DNA of 64,000 bases, from contig CAXXNO010000012.1 of the NCBI GenBank assembly GCA_963663235.2, positions 407,333 to 471,332 on the forward strand. Reading direction: 5' to 3'. This stretch comes from Dehalococcoidia bacterium. Its GTDB lineage: Bacteria; Chloroflexota; Dehalococcoidia; Bin125. Below the pieces are notes generated by a model. That model did no database searches, was not told the DNA's origin, and was given only the letters and a program-made list of their open reading frames with translations. Position numbers and translations under genes: made by a program. Shown here in pieces: positions 40,724 through 51,257 of this stretch; positions within the stretch are counted from its first letter, which is position 1, and the number at the start of each line of letters is the position of its first letter.

Positions 40724-42944
40724 GTTCCAGTTCCTCGCTGGAGCGATCCACGCGCCACAAGTGCAGCCCGAGTAACGCCAGGCCGAAGACACCCAGCGCC
40801 GCGACCACGGCCGCTATCACCTTGTCGTCAAAGTCCAGGCCGCCGTCGTCGTCGCCTTCGCGGTCGACGTCTGTGATATTGGCCGTGAGCGCCTCCGTGA
40901 TCTCGGCGGCGGTGCGGGGAAACGTTTCGACCTTGTCGCGGGCGGTCACCACCGTGAGGGGCCCACTGGCCTCCAGGCGGCCGAGGGCCCGTCTCCCCCA
41001 GAAGAGGCCGTCTCGGGACGTGCCTGTGACGACCAGAAGCGATTTCTCGGTGTTCCAGGGTGAGGGGGCGACCATCAGCACGCCCAGTTCCGCCTCCGGA
41101 TCGATCCCGCGATCAAGCAGGACCTCGGTGCGCAAGATCCGGTCGGTCCCATTGACGAACTGGAGCGGCAGGCTGGCGCCCGCCTCGTTGATCAAGCCGA
41201 GGGCGCTGGGCCGCCCCACCAGGATTACATGGTGCCCCGCAAGGAGCGCGTCCGTGACTTCATCTTCCGGCACCACACGCAGCGAGAAGGGGTCCAGCCC
41301 CGAGTACGCGCCGAGGTCAAAGACCAAGCCGAACAACTCCTCGGGCTGCATCCCGGACGGCACGACCACCAAGGTCCCGCTGGGGTCACCGAACGCGTCC
41401 ATGAACGGCCACGGATAGAAGGTGAGATCGTGCAGGGGGATGACGTCCGTGCCCGGGAGGCGGATCCGGCTTTCGGGATGAATCTCCAGCCAGGCGCGTT
41501 CTTCCGCGAGTGGATCGTCCAGGCAAGTGTTGAAGGGCCCTTCCGGCTGGTCCAGGATATATAGGCCGGTGGCGAGGGTCAGTTCGTTCACACCCGGACG
41601 GATCGCCTCCGCCGGGATCGTGATGGGAATGGAGATCCGCTCGAAGCGGCCGTCGAAGCGGAGCGGAATGGTCTCCAGGTTCACGCCGTTCAGGATGATG
41701 AGCAGATTGGAGGGCTCCGGGTCCAGCTCACGCGAGAGGGAGACGATCAACTCCAGCTCGCCATCGCCGGTGGGCGCGGGCGCCAAGAACTGGATCGTGG
41801 CGAGGGCACCGCTGATGCCCCGCAGCTGGATGCCGAAGGGCGCCTGCAGGTCGGCGAAGGCGAACTGCACACCCCCGTCAAACGGTTGCCCGCGGACCGT
41901 CGCGCCGAGTGCGTCGCGGACGATGGCGAACTCGCCGGCCAGCGTATCCATCCCTTCGCTGCCGGAGACCGCCTGAGCCGCCCTGCTCAGCCCGACGGGG
42001 CCGTCGCCAGAGACGATCAAGGCGCCGTGCTTATCGCTGAACGGACTCACGGTCTCTTGCAGGAAGCCCACGCTCGGACCGGTGACGGTGGCGCCGGTGG
42101 ACGATACGTCGCCACTCACCACAAGCGGATTCCGCCCCGTGGTGCCGACACTGATGATCGACGCATCGGCGGTGGCTGCCGACGACGGTACGCCGATGTC
42201 GAACCGCACCGGCACAAAGAACGCAGCGCCCGGGCCTACGATCTGTCCGAGGCCACCCACGATTGAGGCCGCGGCCGAGAGCTCTGCGCTGTTCGGATTC
42301 GCCGGCAGCAGCACGTGCGTGTCGGTCTTGAAGGGGAAGGGAAGGCGCAGATATGGCTCGGGATAGTTCGCAAGGTTCGGCACGAAGATCGGGCGCGTGT
42401 CGTCAGGCACGTACTCGTAGTGCAGCAGCGTGGGACTTTCGATGAGCGTCCAGAGCGCCGGGTTCTCCGCGTCGTCGCAGAAATCCGTGAGGCGCATGAG
42501 GAAACTCAATCCGATCCGGTTGAACAGCGGATCCAGGAGGCGGGCCGGTAGGTCCACCGTGATCGTCGTGGATTCGATGTTGATCTCGTCGAGCCGCACG
42601 GATGTCAGAGAGGAATCGTTCAGCAACACCGTCATGGTGGAGAGATCCGGGCGCAAGAGCGGCGAGTGGCTGAACGTCAGTTGCAAGAAATGACCAGACG
42701 GCTCCAGCACCCAGCCATCCGGACCGGGGAAGAAGATCTCCACGGTGGCGATGATCCCTCGCGCGACGACGTCTCTGATCTGCAAGTCAATCAAGGTGAC
42801 GTCTTGTGGCGGTGGATCGTCGGCGTGCAGTGACCGCACGCTCACGGCGGTCGCGCTCACAGCGACGGCCAGTAGCGCCACCGCAAGCAAAATCCTGCTG
42901 GACACCCGTCGCCAGACTTTGTGATTATTCGGTGCGTGCACCAC
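40716..42944 (-). CDS. BcsB-like polysaccharide synthase partner subunit
   Basis: Signal peptide; twofold repeat (FSHSPLL..DLSTMTVLLN / SNLLIILNG; LANYPEPY / LTFYPWPF; SPF / SPWN); C-terminal TM anchor; SD AGGAGG. Confidence 0.8.
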   Translation of the reverse strand: MVHAPNNHKVWRRVSSRILLAVALLAVAVSATAVSVRSLHADDPPPQDVTLIDLQIRDVVARGIIATVEIFFPGPDGWVLEPSGHFLQLTFSHSPLLRPDLSTMTVLLNDSSLTSVRLDEINIESTTITVDLPARLLDPLFNRIGLSFLMRLTDFCDDAENPALWTLIESPTLLHYEYVPDDTRPIFVPNLANYPEPYLRLPFPFKTDTHVLLPANPNSAELSAAASIVGGLGQIVGPGAAFFVPVRFDIGVPSSAATADASIISVGTTGRNPLVVSGDVSSTGATVTGPSVGFLQETVSPFSDKHGALIVSGDGPVGLSRAAQAVSGSEGMDTLAGEFAIVRDALGATVRGQPFDGGVQFAFADLQAPFGIQLRGISGALATIQFLAPAPTGDGELELIVSLSRELDPEPSNLLIILNGVNLETIPLRFDGRFERISIPITIPAEAIRPGVNELTLATGLYILDQPEGPFNTCLDDPLAEERAWLEIHPESRIRLPGTDVIPLHDLTFYPWPFMDAFGDPSGTLVVVPSGMQPEELFGLVFDLGAYSGLDPFSLRVVPEDEVTDALLAGHHVILVGRPSALGLINEAGASLPLQFVNGTDRILRTEVLLDRGIDPEAELGVLMVAPSPWNTEKSLLVVTGTSRDGLFWGRRALGRLEASGPLTVVTARDKVETFPRTAAEITEALTANITDVDREGDDDGGLDFDDKVIAAVVAALGVFGLALLGLHLWRVDRSSEELEHD

Positions 42945-42952
42945 GTCCCCTC

Positions 42953-44266
42953 CTATGCAACCGCCAGGGCAACCGCGAGCGTCCCGCTCCCGGTCACCGC
43001 CAGCGCCATTCCGATCGATGCAACGACTGCTGGCCGCGACCTGAACGGCAGCTGGCGATCGCCGCTCAGTGCACTCAGCGCCAGCAACACGACTACCAGG
43101 GCCGCCATCAGCGGCCCGATCAGTTGTCCCACGAAGGGCGTGGCCGTGATGCCAACCAGGGTCAGCAATCCAACCGCGAGTATGGCGAGTCCCACGAGAC
43201 CGGCGCCCGCTCCCGGATGTCCGCGACGGGCAGCCCACACGATCAGCGTCAGCAAGGGAAGGCCCGCCACGACGGCCGGCGCCGCGACCGCGATCTTCTC
43301 AGCGAACGACCAACCACCGATCGTGTTGCCCAGATCGGCGAAGGCGCCGCCGAACGCGCTCCACCAGACGCTCTGCGAACCGATGGCGAGCAGCGGGTCG
43401 CGGCCGCTCACCAGGTCGGCGAGCGCAACCACCCGGGTCCAAAGCACCGCCACAGCCGCGAAGACGACCGGCACGAGGTAGGCCGAGAGAACCGCCTCCA
43501 CGGCAGCGCTCCGTTGGATCCCGTCGCGGTCGTCCGCGGGCGTCGTCAGCCGGCGCAGTGTGCGTGCTCGCATGAAGAGCACGGCCAGGATCGCCAACGC
43601 CACGGGCACGACCGCATACCACATCATCAGCGTGAGCCCCACGAAGAACCCGGCGGTGACCACCGGCCCCGCTTCTCGCGATGGCGCCCAGCGCCAGAGC
43701 GCCGGTACCACGGCGATTGCGAGCAGGACCAGCGCGACCGTGGCGGATCCCGCTCCGGCCGTGAGCAGCACCAGTGGATTCACGAAGAACGCCGCCCAGA
43801 TCAGCCAGCGCAGGGGACGGCTCAGACTGAGCGACCGCAGCAGCGCCAACAGCATGGCCGACGCGATGGCCAGTACGAACGCGGCGGCAATCGGATCGGC
43901 AAGGCTGTGGCGGTCGATGGTATCTACCGCGGCGAAGGGAGCCCGCAGCAAGGCCCAGACGGGAGCCCAGGTCTGCGCCGCCCAGGTGTCGGCCTGGTAA
44001 TCCAGCGCGAGCGCGCGCCAGGATACGAGCGCGTCCTGCCACGCAGCCGGCAAGGGGCTGTGCCCCGGAAACGCCAAGAGCAACGCGGCCAGCAAGACGA
44101 GTGCGGGCGCCAACACCAGAGCCACCCAGATCTCACCGTGGGGCAGGACGACGGCCGCGCGCGGCCGCTCGATCATGCGGGCGGCCAACGCCGCCGGGCT
44201 CTGCGAGACCGGGGTGAGCGTGGGCGGCGCCATTTGCGGCTCAGCGCTGGAGACGAAGGTCGACAT
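42953..44266 (-). CDS. Multi-pass membrane protein, distantly GT-C-like
   Basis: About 11 hydrophobic segments; FVNPLVL motif shared with the two GT-C genes. Confidence 0.6.
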   Translation of the reverse strand: MSTFVSSAEPQMAPPTLTPVSQSPAALAARMIERPRAAVVLPHGEIWVALVLAPALVLLAALLLAFPGHSPLPAAWQDALVSWRALALDYQADTWAAQTWAPVWALLRAPFAAVDTIDRHSLADPIAAAFVLAIASAMLLALLRSLSLSRPLRWLIWAAFFVNPLVLLTAGAGSATVALVLLAIAVVPALWRWAPSREAGPVVTAGFFVGLTLMMWYAVVPVALAILAVLFMRARTLRRLTTPADDRDGIQRSAAVEAVLSAYLVPVVFAAVAVLWTRVVALADLVSGRDPLLAIGSQSVWWSAFGGAFADLGNTIGGWSFAEKIAVAAPAVVAGLPLLTLIVWAARRGHPGAGAGLVGLAILAVGLLTLVGITATPFVGQLIGPLMAALVVVLLALSALSGDRQLPFRSRPAVVASIGMALAVTGSGTLAVALAVA

Positions 44267-44275
44267 GTACGTGCC

Positions 44276-46898
44276 CTACCGTCTCTCTGTACCCACGGAC
44301 ACGACAACTTCGCCTCGGAAGAGGCCGTGCTCGGTCTTCTCCCAATAGAACGGCCGGAAGATCAGTTGGTATGCCGCCTTCCAGGCCGCCACGCTCATCA
44401 AGATCCAGTACAAGGGACTGATCAGGCCCCACTTCACCAGGCCGTAGTAGCGGCGCCGAAGGGCTCCGGCCATGGCGACATAGGCGAAGGCGAAATTACC
44501 GAAGTAGAGGGTCACGGCTCCCATGAAGAAGATGGGCGTGGGAAAGAGATCATTGATGAAGTCGGGTCGGAAGACCAGCCAGATCACCGTGATCGTCCAG
44601 AAGATCGGATTGGCCAGGAAGCCGAAAATCGTTCCCGCCATGATCATCTGGAACGAGAAGAAGCCGTACGTGCCGAGTTCGCGCCACAGCTTGATCGGCC
44701 GACGCATATGCACCAACCACGTCTGCATGTAGCCCTTCACCCAGCGGGAACGCTGGCGGATCCAGTTGCCCACGGCGGAGTTGGCTTCCTCGAAGGTCGT
44801 GGAGTCGATTACCGCGGTGTTCCAGCCGCGCTTGAAGATCCGCAGTCCCACGTCCGCGTCCTCCGTGACGTTGAAGGGGTCCCAGCCACCGACCTCGCGG
44901 AGCCGATCGGTCTTGAAGTGATTCGATGTGCCGCCGAGGGGAATCGGCGCGCCCGTTCCGTCCAGCCCCGGCATCAGCAGGTCAAACCACATGGAGTACT
45001 CGCTGGTGAACCAGCGCGTGAGGATATTCTGGTTGCGATTGAAGTAGTTCAGTTTGGCCTGCAGGCACACGTACTCATCCGGCAACTTCCGGAACGCCAC
45101 CACGGCCTTCCGTAGCTGGTCGATCTCGGGCACGTCTTCGGCGTCGTAGATGACCAGATACTCCCCGCGGGCGTGGAGCAGACCGTAGTTACAGGCCTTC
45201 GGCTTCCCTTTCGGATCGCCCTGCGGCACGATCAGCATCTCCATGTGCGGCGGAAGGCGGAGGCGGCGCACGGCCTCTACGGTCTCCGCGTCGTCCTCTT
45301 CCAGGATCACCTTGATGTCCAGTTTGCTCCGCGGATAATCGAGCGAGTTCAGCGCAGAGACGACCAGCGGCACGATCTGCGGTTCTCGATACATCGGGAC
45401 CAGCACGGTATAGATGGGGAGCGAGGCGTCTCCGAGTTCGGCGAGCTCTTCCTTGCTCGTTGGGACCTCGAACTCGTGTCCCAATGCTCGATAGATGAGG
45501 TAGAACTTGTACGACGAGAACGCCGTGTAGAAGGCAGCGGCGGCGCCGAACAACACCTGCAGCGTGATCTTCCAGTCCAGCAGCAGTCCCAGCACCACCA
45601 GCGCCCCGATACCCGCTGCCCAGAGCAACTGCCTCTTCGTGAATACGGTGGACGCCGAGTCTTCGGGGAAGCGGACCAGGAGCTCCGTGGCCGCCCGCTC
45701 CACGTACTCCGCCCGATAGATCCGCTCAAGGACCTGTTCAATCGCCTCCTCGGAAGCCCACACCGGCTGCACCGGCTGTCCGACCTCGCGCCGGATGGTC
45801 TCCAGCGCCGCGGTATTCAGTGGATCGGACATGGCCACCGTGATCCCGCTGTCGGTGACGAAGATCGGAATCGCCAGGTAACGACGCGCCGTGGCTTCGC
45901 TCAGGCGTCGCACGACCTGTTCCTCGGGTTCCATCTCGGCAAGGTCGAAGAAAGGGACCTCGTGCTGCTCGGCGAGAAAGGAAGCCAGTTGCTCGGCCGT
46001 GATGTAGCGCAGCTCGCGCAGCGCCTGCCCGAGGCGCACGCCAGTCGCGCGGCTCAGGCGCAAAGCATGCTGCAGTTCGGTGCGCGAGATGATTCCCGCC
46101 AAGCGCAGATGCTCTCCCAGCGAAAACTGTCCGTTGACGCGTTTGGTCGCAGCGCGCACTTCACCGCGCGGCGCAGCGACGACCGTGATCGGCGAGGACA
46201 GGGCCTCTTGCACTGCAGCCCTCGCCGCCTCGTCCGTGGGGTCGGCGAACGCGACGGTCAGCCGTCCATCCCGCTCCTCGTATGAGATGGCCACGTGTTG
46301 CTCGGCGATGGGCCGTGGCAGATGATAGGCAGCGGCCGGGTCCACCGGATCGACTGTGATGGTCTGGATGCTGCGCACGCCGACGGCGTCCACGACCTCC
46401 CGAGCCTCCTCGCGCAAATCGAGTGAGACGAGCGGGACGCCGGCCACCTGTGCCATTTCAGCCGCGACATCAGCCGGCATGAGCGTCGACGCGGCGAGCA
46501 CTGCCTCGTCGCCCGGAAGGCGCTCGTCCACCACTAGATGCCAAGCGCGGACGCGGTCCGCCGGCGAGAGTTTGCCCGCCTGAACGAGCCGGTCGGTCAG
46601 CAGATGCACTGAGGACGGCACCTCACCGCGGTCCACGCCGCGGGAGGCCGCCGCCATGGCGAATTCCCCGGGTGGCGCCACCGCCGCGAGCACTGGCCGC
46701 CCGATGCGATCGCTCAGCGCTCGCACGCGCTCCGGCGCGGGGTCCGTGAAGGCGATCGTGACAACGCCATCATCCCACCGCAGAGGGCAGGCCTGGAACT
46801 CCGCCACGTCAGCTTCGGAGAGGTGGCGGAGAACGGTGCGGTCGGGCAGCCAGCGCAGCGGCGACACATTCGGCAGCCCGTAGCTAATCGCCCGGGCT
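44276..46898 (-). CDS. Processive GT2 polysaccharide synthase with tandem N-terminal MshEN/T2SSE_N domains, 5' end cut by IS
   Basis: VLVPMYRE, KPKACN, YDAED, TED, QRSRW, WEKTEHG; MshEN motif SLGEHLRLAGII...RLGQALRELRYITAEQLASFLAEQ; three AFxDP/AMSDP repeats; ORF-track start lies inside the IS. Confidence 0.88.
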
Positions 46899-46965
46899 TG
46901 ACCTGCCCCCCCAGAACCGGTCCAGATCCTGTGCGAGGATTCGGGCCGGTGCGAAGGGAGTCGGC

Positions 46966-47244
46966 ATGGCACGCAAGCGGTACGCGGCCGAGGAGATCAT
47001 CGGCCACCTGCGGGAGGCGGAGGGGGTGCTCGCGCCGGGGGAATCGGTCGCGCCGGTCGCGCGCCGCCTCGGCGTGGCCGAGCCAACGTATTACCGCTGG
47101 CGGCGGGAGGACGGGGGGCTGCGGGTCGACCAGGCCAAGCGGCTGAAAGAACGGGAGCGCGAGAACAGTCGGCTGAAGCGGGTGGTGGCCGATCAGGCGC
47201 GGGACAACGCGATGGTGCGGGACGTCGCAGCGGGAAACTTCTGA
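46966..47244 (+). CDS. IS3 transposase OrfA (HTH)
   Basis: MARKRY..EEII..LRE...TYYRWR...ENSRLKRVVAD. Confidence 0.88.
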   Translation: MARKRYAAEEIIGHLREAEGVLAPGESVAPVARRLGVAEPTYYRWRREDGGLRVDQAKRLKERERENSRLKRVVADQARDNAMVRDVAAGNF

Positions 47245-48083
47245 GCCCGGCCAAGCGGCGCCGGGCGACATCCTACCGCACGGACCCGTACGCGGTGGCG
47301 GAGCGGCGGGCCTGCCCGGTCACCGGCCAGGCGCGGGCGACCCAGCGCGACGTGCCCCGGCCGTCCCCGGATGCGCCGGCGCTGATCGCGCGCAGCGTCG
47401 CGCTGGCCACCCGCTGCGGCCGCTACGGCTCCCGTCGCATCCCGGCCCGGCTGCGCCAGGCGGGCTGGCGGGTGAACCCCAAGCGGGTCGAGCGGCGCTG
47501 GCGTCAGGAAGGCTGGCGGGTCCCCGGGAAGCACCCCCAACGGGGCCGCCGCTGGCTCGCGGCCGGCTCGCGGGTGCGGCGGCGGGCCGAGCGGCCGTCC
47601 CACGTCTGGTCCGACGCCTTCGTCTTCGACCGCACCGCCGAGGGGCGCCCGGTGCGGATCCTCGCCATCGTGGATGAGGACCACCCGCGAGGGCCTGCGT
47701 CTCGACGTCGCCCGCCGACGGCGCCGCGACGTCGAGGCCTGGCGCGGTTGGCCCAGCTGTTCGTCGAGCGCGGGCCGCCGACGTTTCTGCGGTCCGCCAA
47801 CGGCCCGGCGTTCACCGCCACCGCGGTGCGGGACTGGCTGCACCGGGTCGGGGGCACGACCCGCTTCATCGAACCGGGCAGGCCTTGGGCGAACGGCTCT
47901 GGGGAATCGTTCAACGGCAAGCTGCGCGACGCGTGCCTCAATCGCGAGCGCTTCGACACCCTGCTGGAAGCCCAGATCCTCATCAAGGGCTGGCGGCGGG
48001 AGGACAACCCGATCCGCCCCCACCGTGCCCTCGGCTCCCGCCCCCCGCCCCGGAAACGCAGCAACCCCGGAAACGTCCCATGA
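47241..48083 (+). pseudogene. IS3 transposase OrfB, catalytically dead
   Basis: rve core recognisable (ESFNGKLRD, RPH) but DDE aspartate positions read Ala (WSDAF, RSANGPAF); local frame disruption at about 47680-47740. Confidence 0.85.
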
Positions 48084-48141
48084 CGCGCGTCCCGGCGATC
48101 GGACGAACTTAACGACTGGTACAACGATCGGGGGCAGGTCA

Positions 48142-48462
48142 CTTCAGTAGGTAGCTCTTGGCGCCGGCGCGCAGCGCCTCGAAGACGTAGCGGTCTTCGT
48201 CATAGTTCGAGAGGATGATCACCTCCGTGGCGGGGAACTCCGTACGAATACGACGGGTGGCCTCCACGCCGTCCATCCCACTCATGCGCACGTCCATGAG
48301 GACGACATTCGGGCGGAGGGCCTGTACTTTCTCGAGGGCCTGCTGGCCGTCCCCGGCCTCCCCCACGACTTCAAGATCAGGCGAGAGTGCGGTCATCTTG
48401 CGCAAGCCCTCGCGAATCACCGGGTGGTCGTCGACGATGAGGAGCGAGATGCGAGCCATCAT
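48142..48462 (-). pseudogene. NarL-type response regulator truncated by IS
   Basis: LIVDDHPVIREG, VLMDVRM, GAKSYLLK then a stop supplied by the IS end; last helix and HTH missing. Confidence 0.88.
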
Positions 48463-49980
48463 TCGACCTCCGGTCTCGGAATCGCCACTTCAATAATCGT
48501 CCCTACGTTGGGCTGGCTCACTATCGCCGCGCGTCCGTGCATGCGCGCGGCGCGCTCCCGCATGCCGGCCAGGCCGAAATGGTGTGAGGAGGCGGCTCCC
48601 GTGAGCGCCTCGTCGACCGGAAAGCCGACGCCGTTATCCTCCACGCTCACGGCGATGAAGTCTTCCGCAAACTCGACGGCGGTGCACACGGCCGAGGCGC
48701 GCGCATGCTTGTTCACGTTGAGCAATGCCTCCCGCGCGATCAGGAACAAGCCCTGCTGGATTGATTCCGGCAGCTGGACCGGCTCGCCCTCCACCACGAA
48801 GTCAAGTTGCAGGCCGTTGGTTCGGGCGAAATCCTCCGCATAGTCGCGCAGCGCCTCGCTCAGTCCAAGATCGCCGACGTTGGCCAGCCGCAGATCAAAG
48901 ATGAGACTGCGGAGCTGACTGATCACCCGTCTGACCTCATCCCGGACGTTCTGGATCGAGAGCGCGGCCCCGCGAGAATCCTGCTCCAGAACTCGCAGAG
49001 CCAGCTCGCTCTCAATCACGGCGCTGGTCAGCTGCTGGACCGGGCCGTCATGGAGCTCACCGGCCAAGCGTCGCGATTCGGCAGCTTGCAGTGTCTGCAA
49101 GTCGATACACCGATCTGCGTTGACGTCACTTCCCGTCAGCCGCTCGGCGAGCGTTCCCGCGGCCTCAGTATCGACGGTGTCGAAGGGCCGCTCCATCGGA
49201 TCGAAGAAGGCGAGGACACCGGCCTCGCCGTACGTGGCGGCGAGGGGGACAGCGAGCAGATCCACCACGCCGGCGCTCTGGAGGCGATCGCGTGCCGGAT
49301 AATCGTCCGTAATGAGCGGTCGCCGTTGAAGGGCAACAGGCGAGTGAGAGACTCGCGGGCGGCGACGCGAGCGGGCTCGGAGTCCTCGCCGGGCCACTCC
49401 ACGTAGCGGCACGCGCCCGTGGCGGTGGGGATCAGCGCGGTGACGCGAGACGCCCGCAGGAGCCGTCCGACGAGGCTGAGATCCCAGCCGCTCACGGTGG
49501 CCTCGCCCGAGGTCGGCGCCCAACGACCACCGACGTCCGCCACCACGACGATGTCCCCCGCGAGAGCGTCCACGGCTTCTGCCACCGACGCGGCCATCCT
49601 CAGGCGGGCCAGCACAGGGCCGAGGGTCGTGGCGAGACCCTGGAGCAAGCGAGCGCGCCCCTCCATGCGGTCCTGCGGCCCGCCGATCATGACCAGTTCG
49701 CCGAACGGCTCCTCCATGGGGAGCACCTGCCGCAGCACGAGGCGGATGGATCCGGACTTATCGGGCCAGACACGCATCGACGCGCCGTTCACCGACGCAT
49801 CCGCCCGGAGCTGGGCGACGGCCTCATACCACTCGCTGGGGAAGGGCCGATCCGGGTCATCGTACAGCCGGTCGTCCCCAGGACCAGCCCCCCCACGTCG
49901 CAGGCCGTGAGCGAGCGCGCAGCGCGCACGACGCCGGATAAGAAGGGACGCAACTCCGGCGTGGAAAAGTCTACTGGCAT
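48459..49980 (-). CDS. HisKA_3 (NarX-type) sensor histidine kinase with GAF-like region, split by two frameshifts
   Basis: ESRRLAGELHDGPVQ, REALLNVNKHA, DNGVGF, FGLAGMRERA; three ORFs join by adding one base at 49876-49879 and one at 49331-49333. Confidence 0.8.
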
Positions 49981-50190
49981 CGCTTTGGGCAGTCCTACGC
50001 CACGCTTTCCGACAATAGTCTGTCAGACCTTTATAGGATGTTCGGATTCGCGGGTTGCGTCAACGGCGACTCTGGCGGCCTCACGAGGGTGGACGACCCC
50101 GGGGCCCGACTTGGCCCACCGGATGCACCCGTCTAGACTATCGCCCGTCGTGCCTCCGGACTTCCCCGTAGCGCCGCCGTCGGACCGCCA

Positions 50191-51222
50191 GTGAGCCCGG
50201 CACTGATCCTATCCGGCGGTTCGGCCACGCGGCTGCGTCCCCTGACCGAGGAAGTCCCCAAGGCGCTGTTGCCACTCGGCCCTTCCTGCGTGCTTGAACT
50301 GCAACTGCGGTGGTTGCGGCAGTCTGGGGTTCAGGAGATCACGATCGCAGCGGGCCCGGCCACCGCGGCCATCCAGGAGCGCTTCGGCGGCGGGGAGCAG
50401 CTGGCCGTAGCGATCGGGTATCTTCCAGAGCCGGAGCCGCTTGGCTCGGGCGGCGTCCTTCGCGCCGCGGCGCGTTGCTGGCACGAACCGTTCTGGGTGC
50501 TCAACGGGGACGTGGTCATTGATCTCGACCTGGAAGGCATGGCGCAGCGCCACGCGGCGAGCGGCGCCTGGGCATCGATCGCGTTGGTCGAGGTAGCAGA
50601 CGTGAGCGGGTTCGGGGTCGTGGACGTAGGCCCGGATGACGACATTCGCCGCTTCGTCGAGAAGCCGACTCGCGAGGAGGCGCCATCTCGCCTGGTCAAT
50701 GCAGGTGTCTGGCGCTTTCACCCGGAGGCGGTGTCCCTGCTTCCGCCGCGAGGGTTCGCCTCCGTCGAGTACGATCTGTTTCCGGCCATCCGCGCCGCCA
50801 GCCAGCGTCTGCAAGGGTTCCGAGCCGGCAACTACTGGGTGGACATGGGCACGCCGGAGCGCTACCGGCGTGTCGCGCTGGATCTGGTTGCCGGGCGTTT
50901 ACCGATGGCGAGCGGGGAGCCTGCGCCGGCCGGCGGCCGGTTCATCGGCCCCACGGCGCGCATTGACCGAGCGGCCAGACTAGAGGCACCCTGCCTCGTT
51001 GGGAACGAAAGCATCGTGGCGGCGGGGGCGACCGTGGTAGGGTCTGTCCTCTGGGACGCCGTTCGAGTGGGTGAGGGAACGCGGATCGAGGGATCGATCA
51101 TCGCCAGCGAGGCCCAGATCGGAGCGGGCCTGCACCTACGGGAGGTCGTGGTAGGCCGTCGGGCCAGGGTGACACGGAATCCGGAGCCGGGCGCCCGGAT
51201 CCCGACGGACGGCCAGGCCTGA
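50191..51222 (+). CDS. NDP-sugar pyrophosphorylase (mannose-1-phosphate guanylyltransferase-like)
   Basis: LSGGSATRLRPLT..PKAL, EPLGSGG, NGD, FVEKP, YWVDMGTP, hexapeptide tail. Confidence 0.88.
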   Translation: MSPALILSGGSATRLRPLTEEVPKALLPLGPSCVLELQLRWLRQSGVQEITIAAGPATAAIQERFGGGEQLAVAIGYLPEPEPLGSGGVLRAAARCWHEPFWVLNGDVVIDLDLEGMAQRHAASGAWASIALVEVADVSGFGVVDVGPDDDIRRFVEKPTREEAPSRLVNAGVWRFHPEAVSLLPPRGFASVEYDLFPAIRAASQRLQGFRAGNYWVDMGTPERYRRVALDLVAGRLPMASGEPAPAGGRFIGPTARIDRAARLEAPCLVGNESIVAAGATVVGSVLWDAVRVGEGTRIEGSIIASEAQIGAGLHLREVVVGRRARVTRNPEPGARIPTDGQA

Positions 51223-51257
51223 TTGACGAGAGCACGACAGGCGGGGAGGATGCCGTT

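Larger units (their letters stand above)
46899..48141 (+). mobile_element. IS3-family insertion sequence (IS407-like), degenerate, 1243 bp
   Basis: Terminal IRs TGACCTGCCCCC / GGGGGCAGGTCA; orfA then orfB with GGGAAAC slippery site at 47232-47238; no target-site duplication. Confidence 0.93.

Noticed and set aside
46890-48462. A single ancestral REC-MshEN-GT2 fusion gene split by the IS
   Set aside because: No target duplication, flanks do not rejoin in frame and the REC domain lacks its last helix
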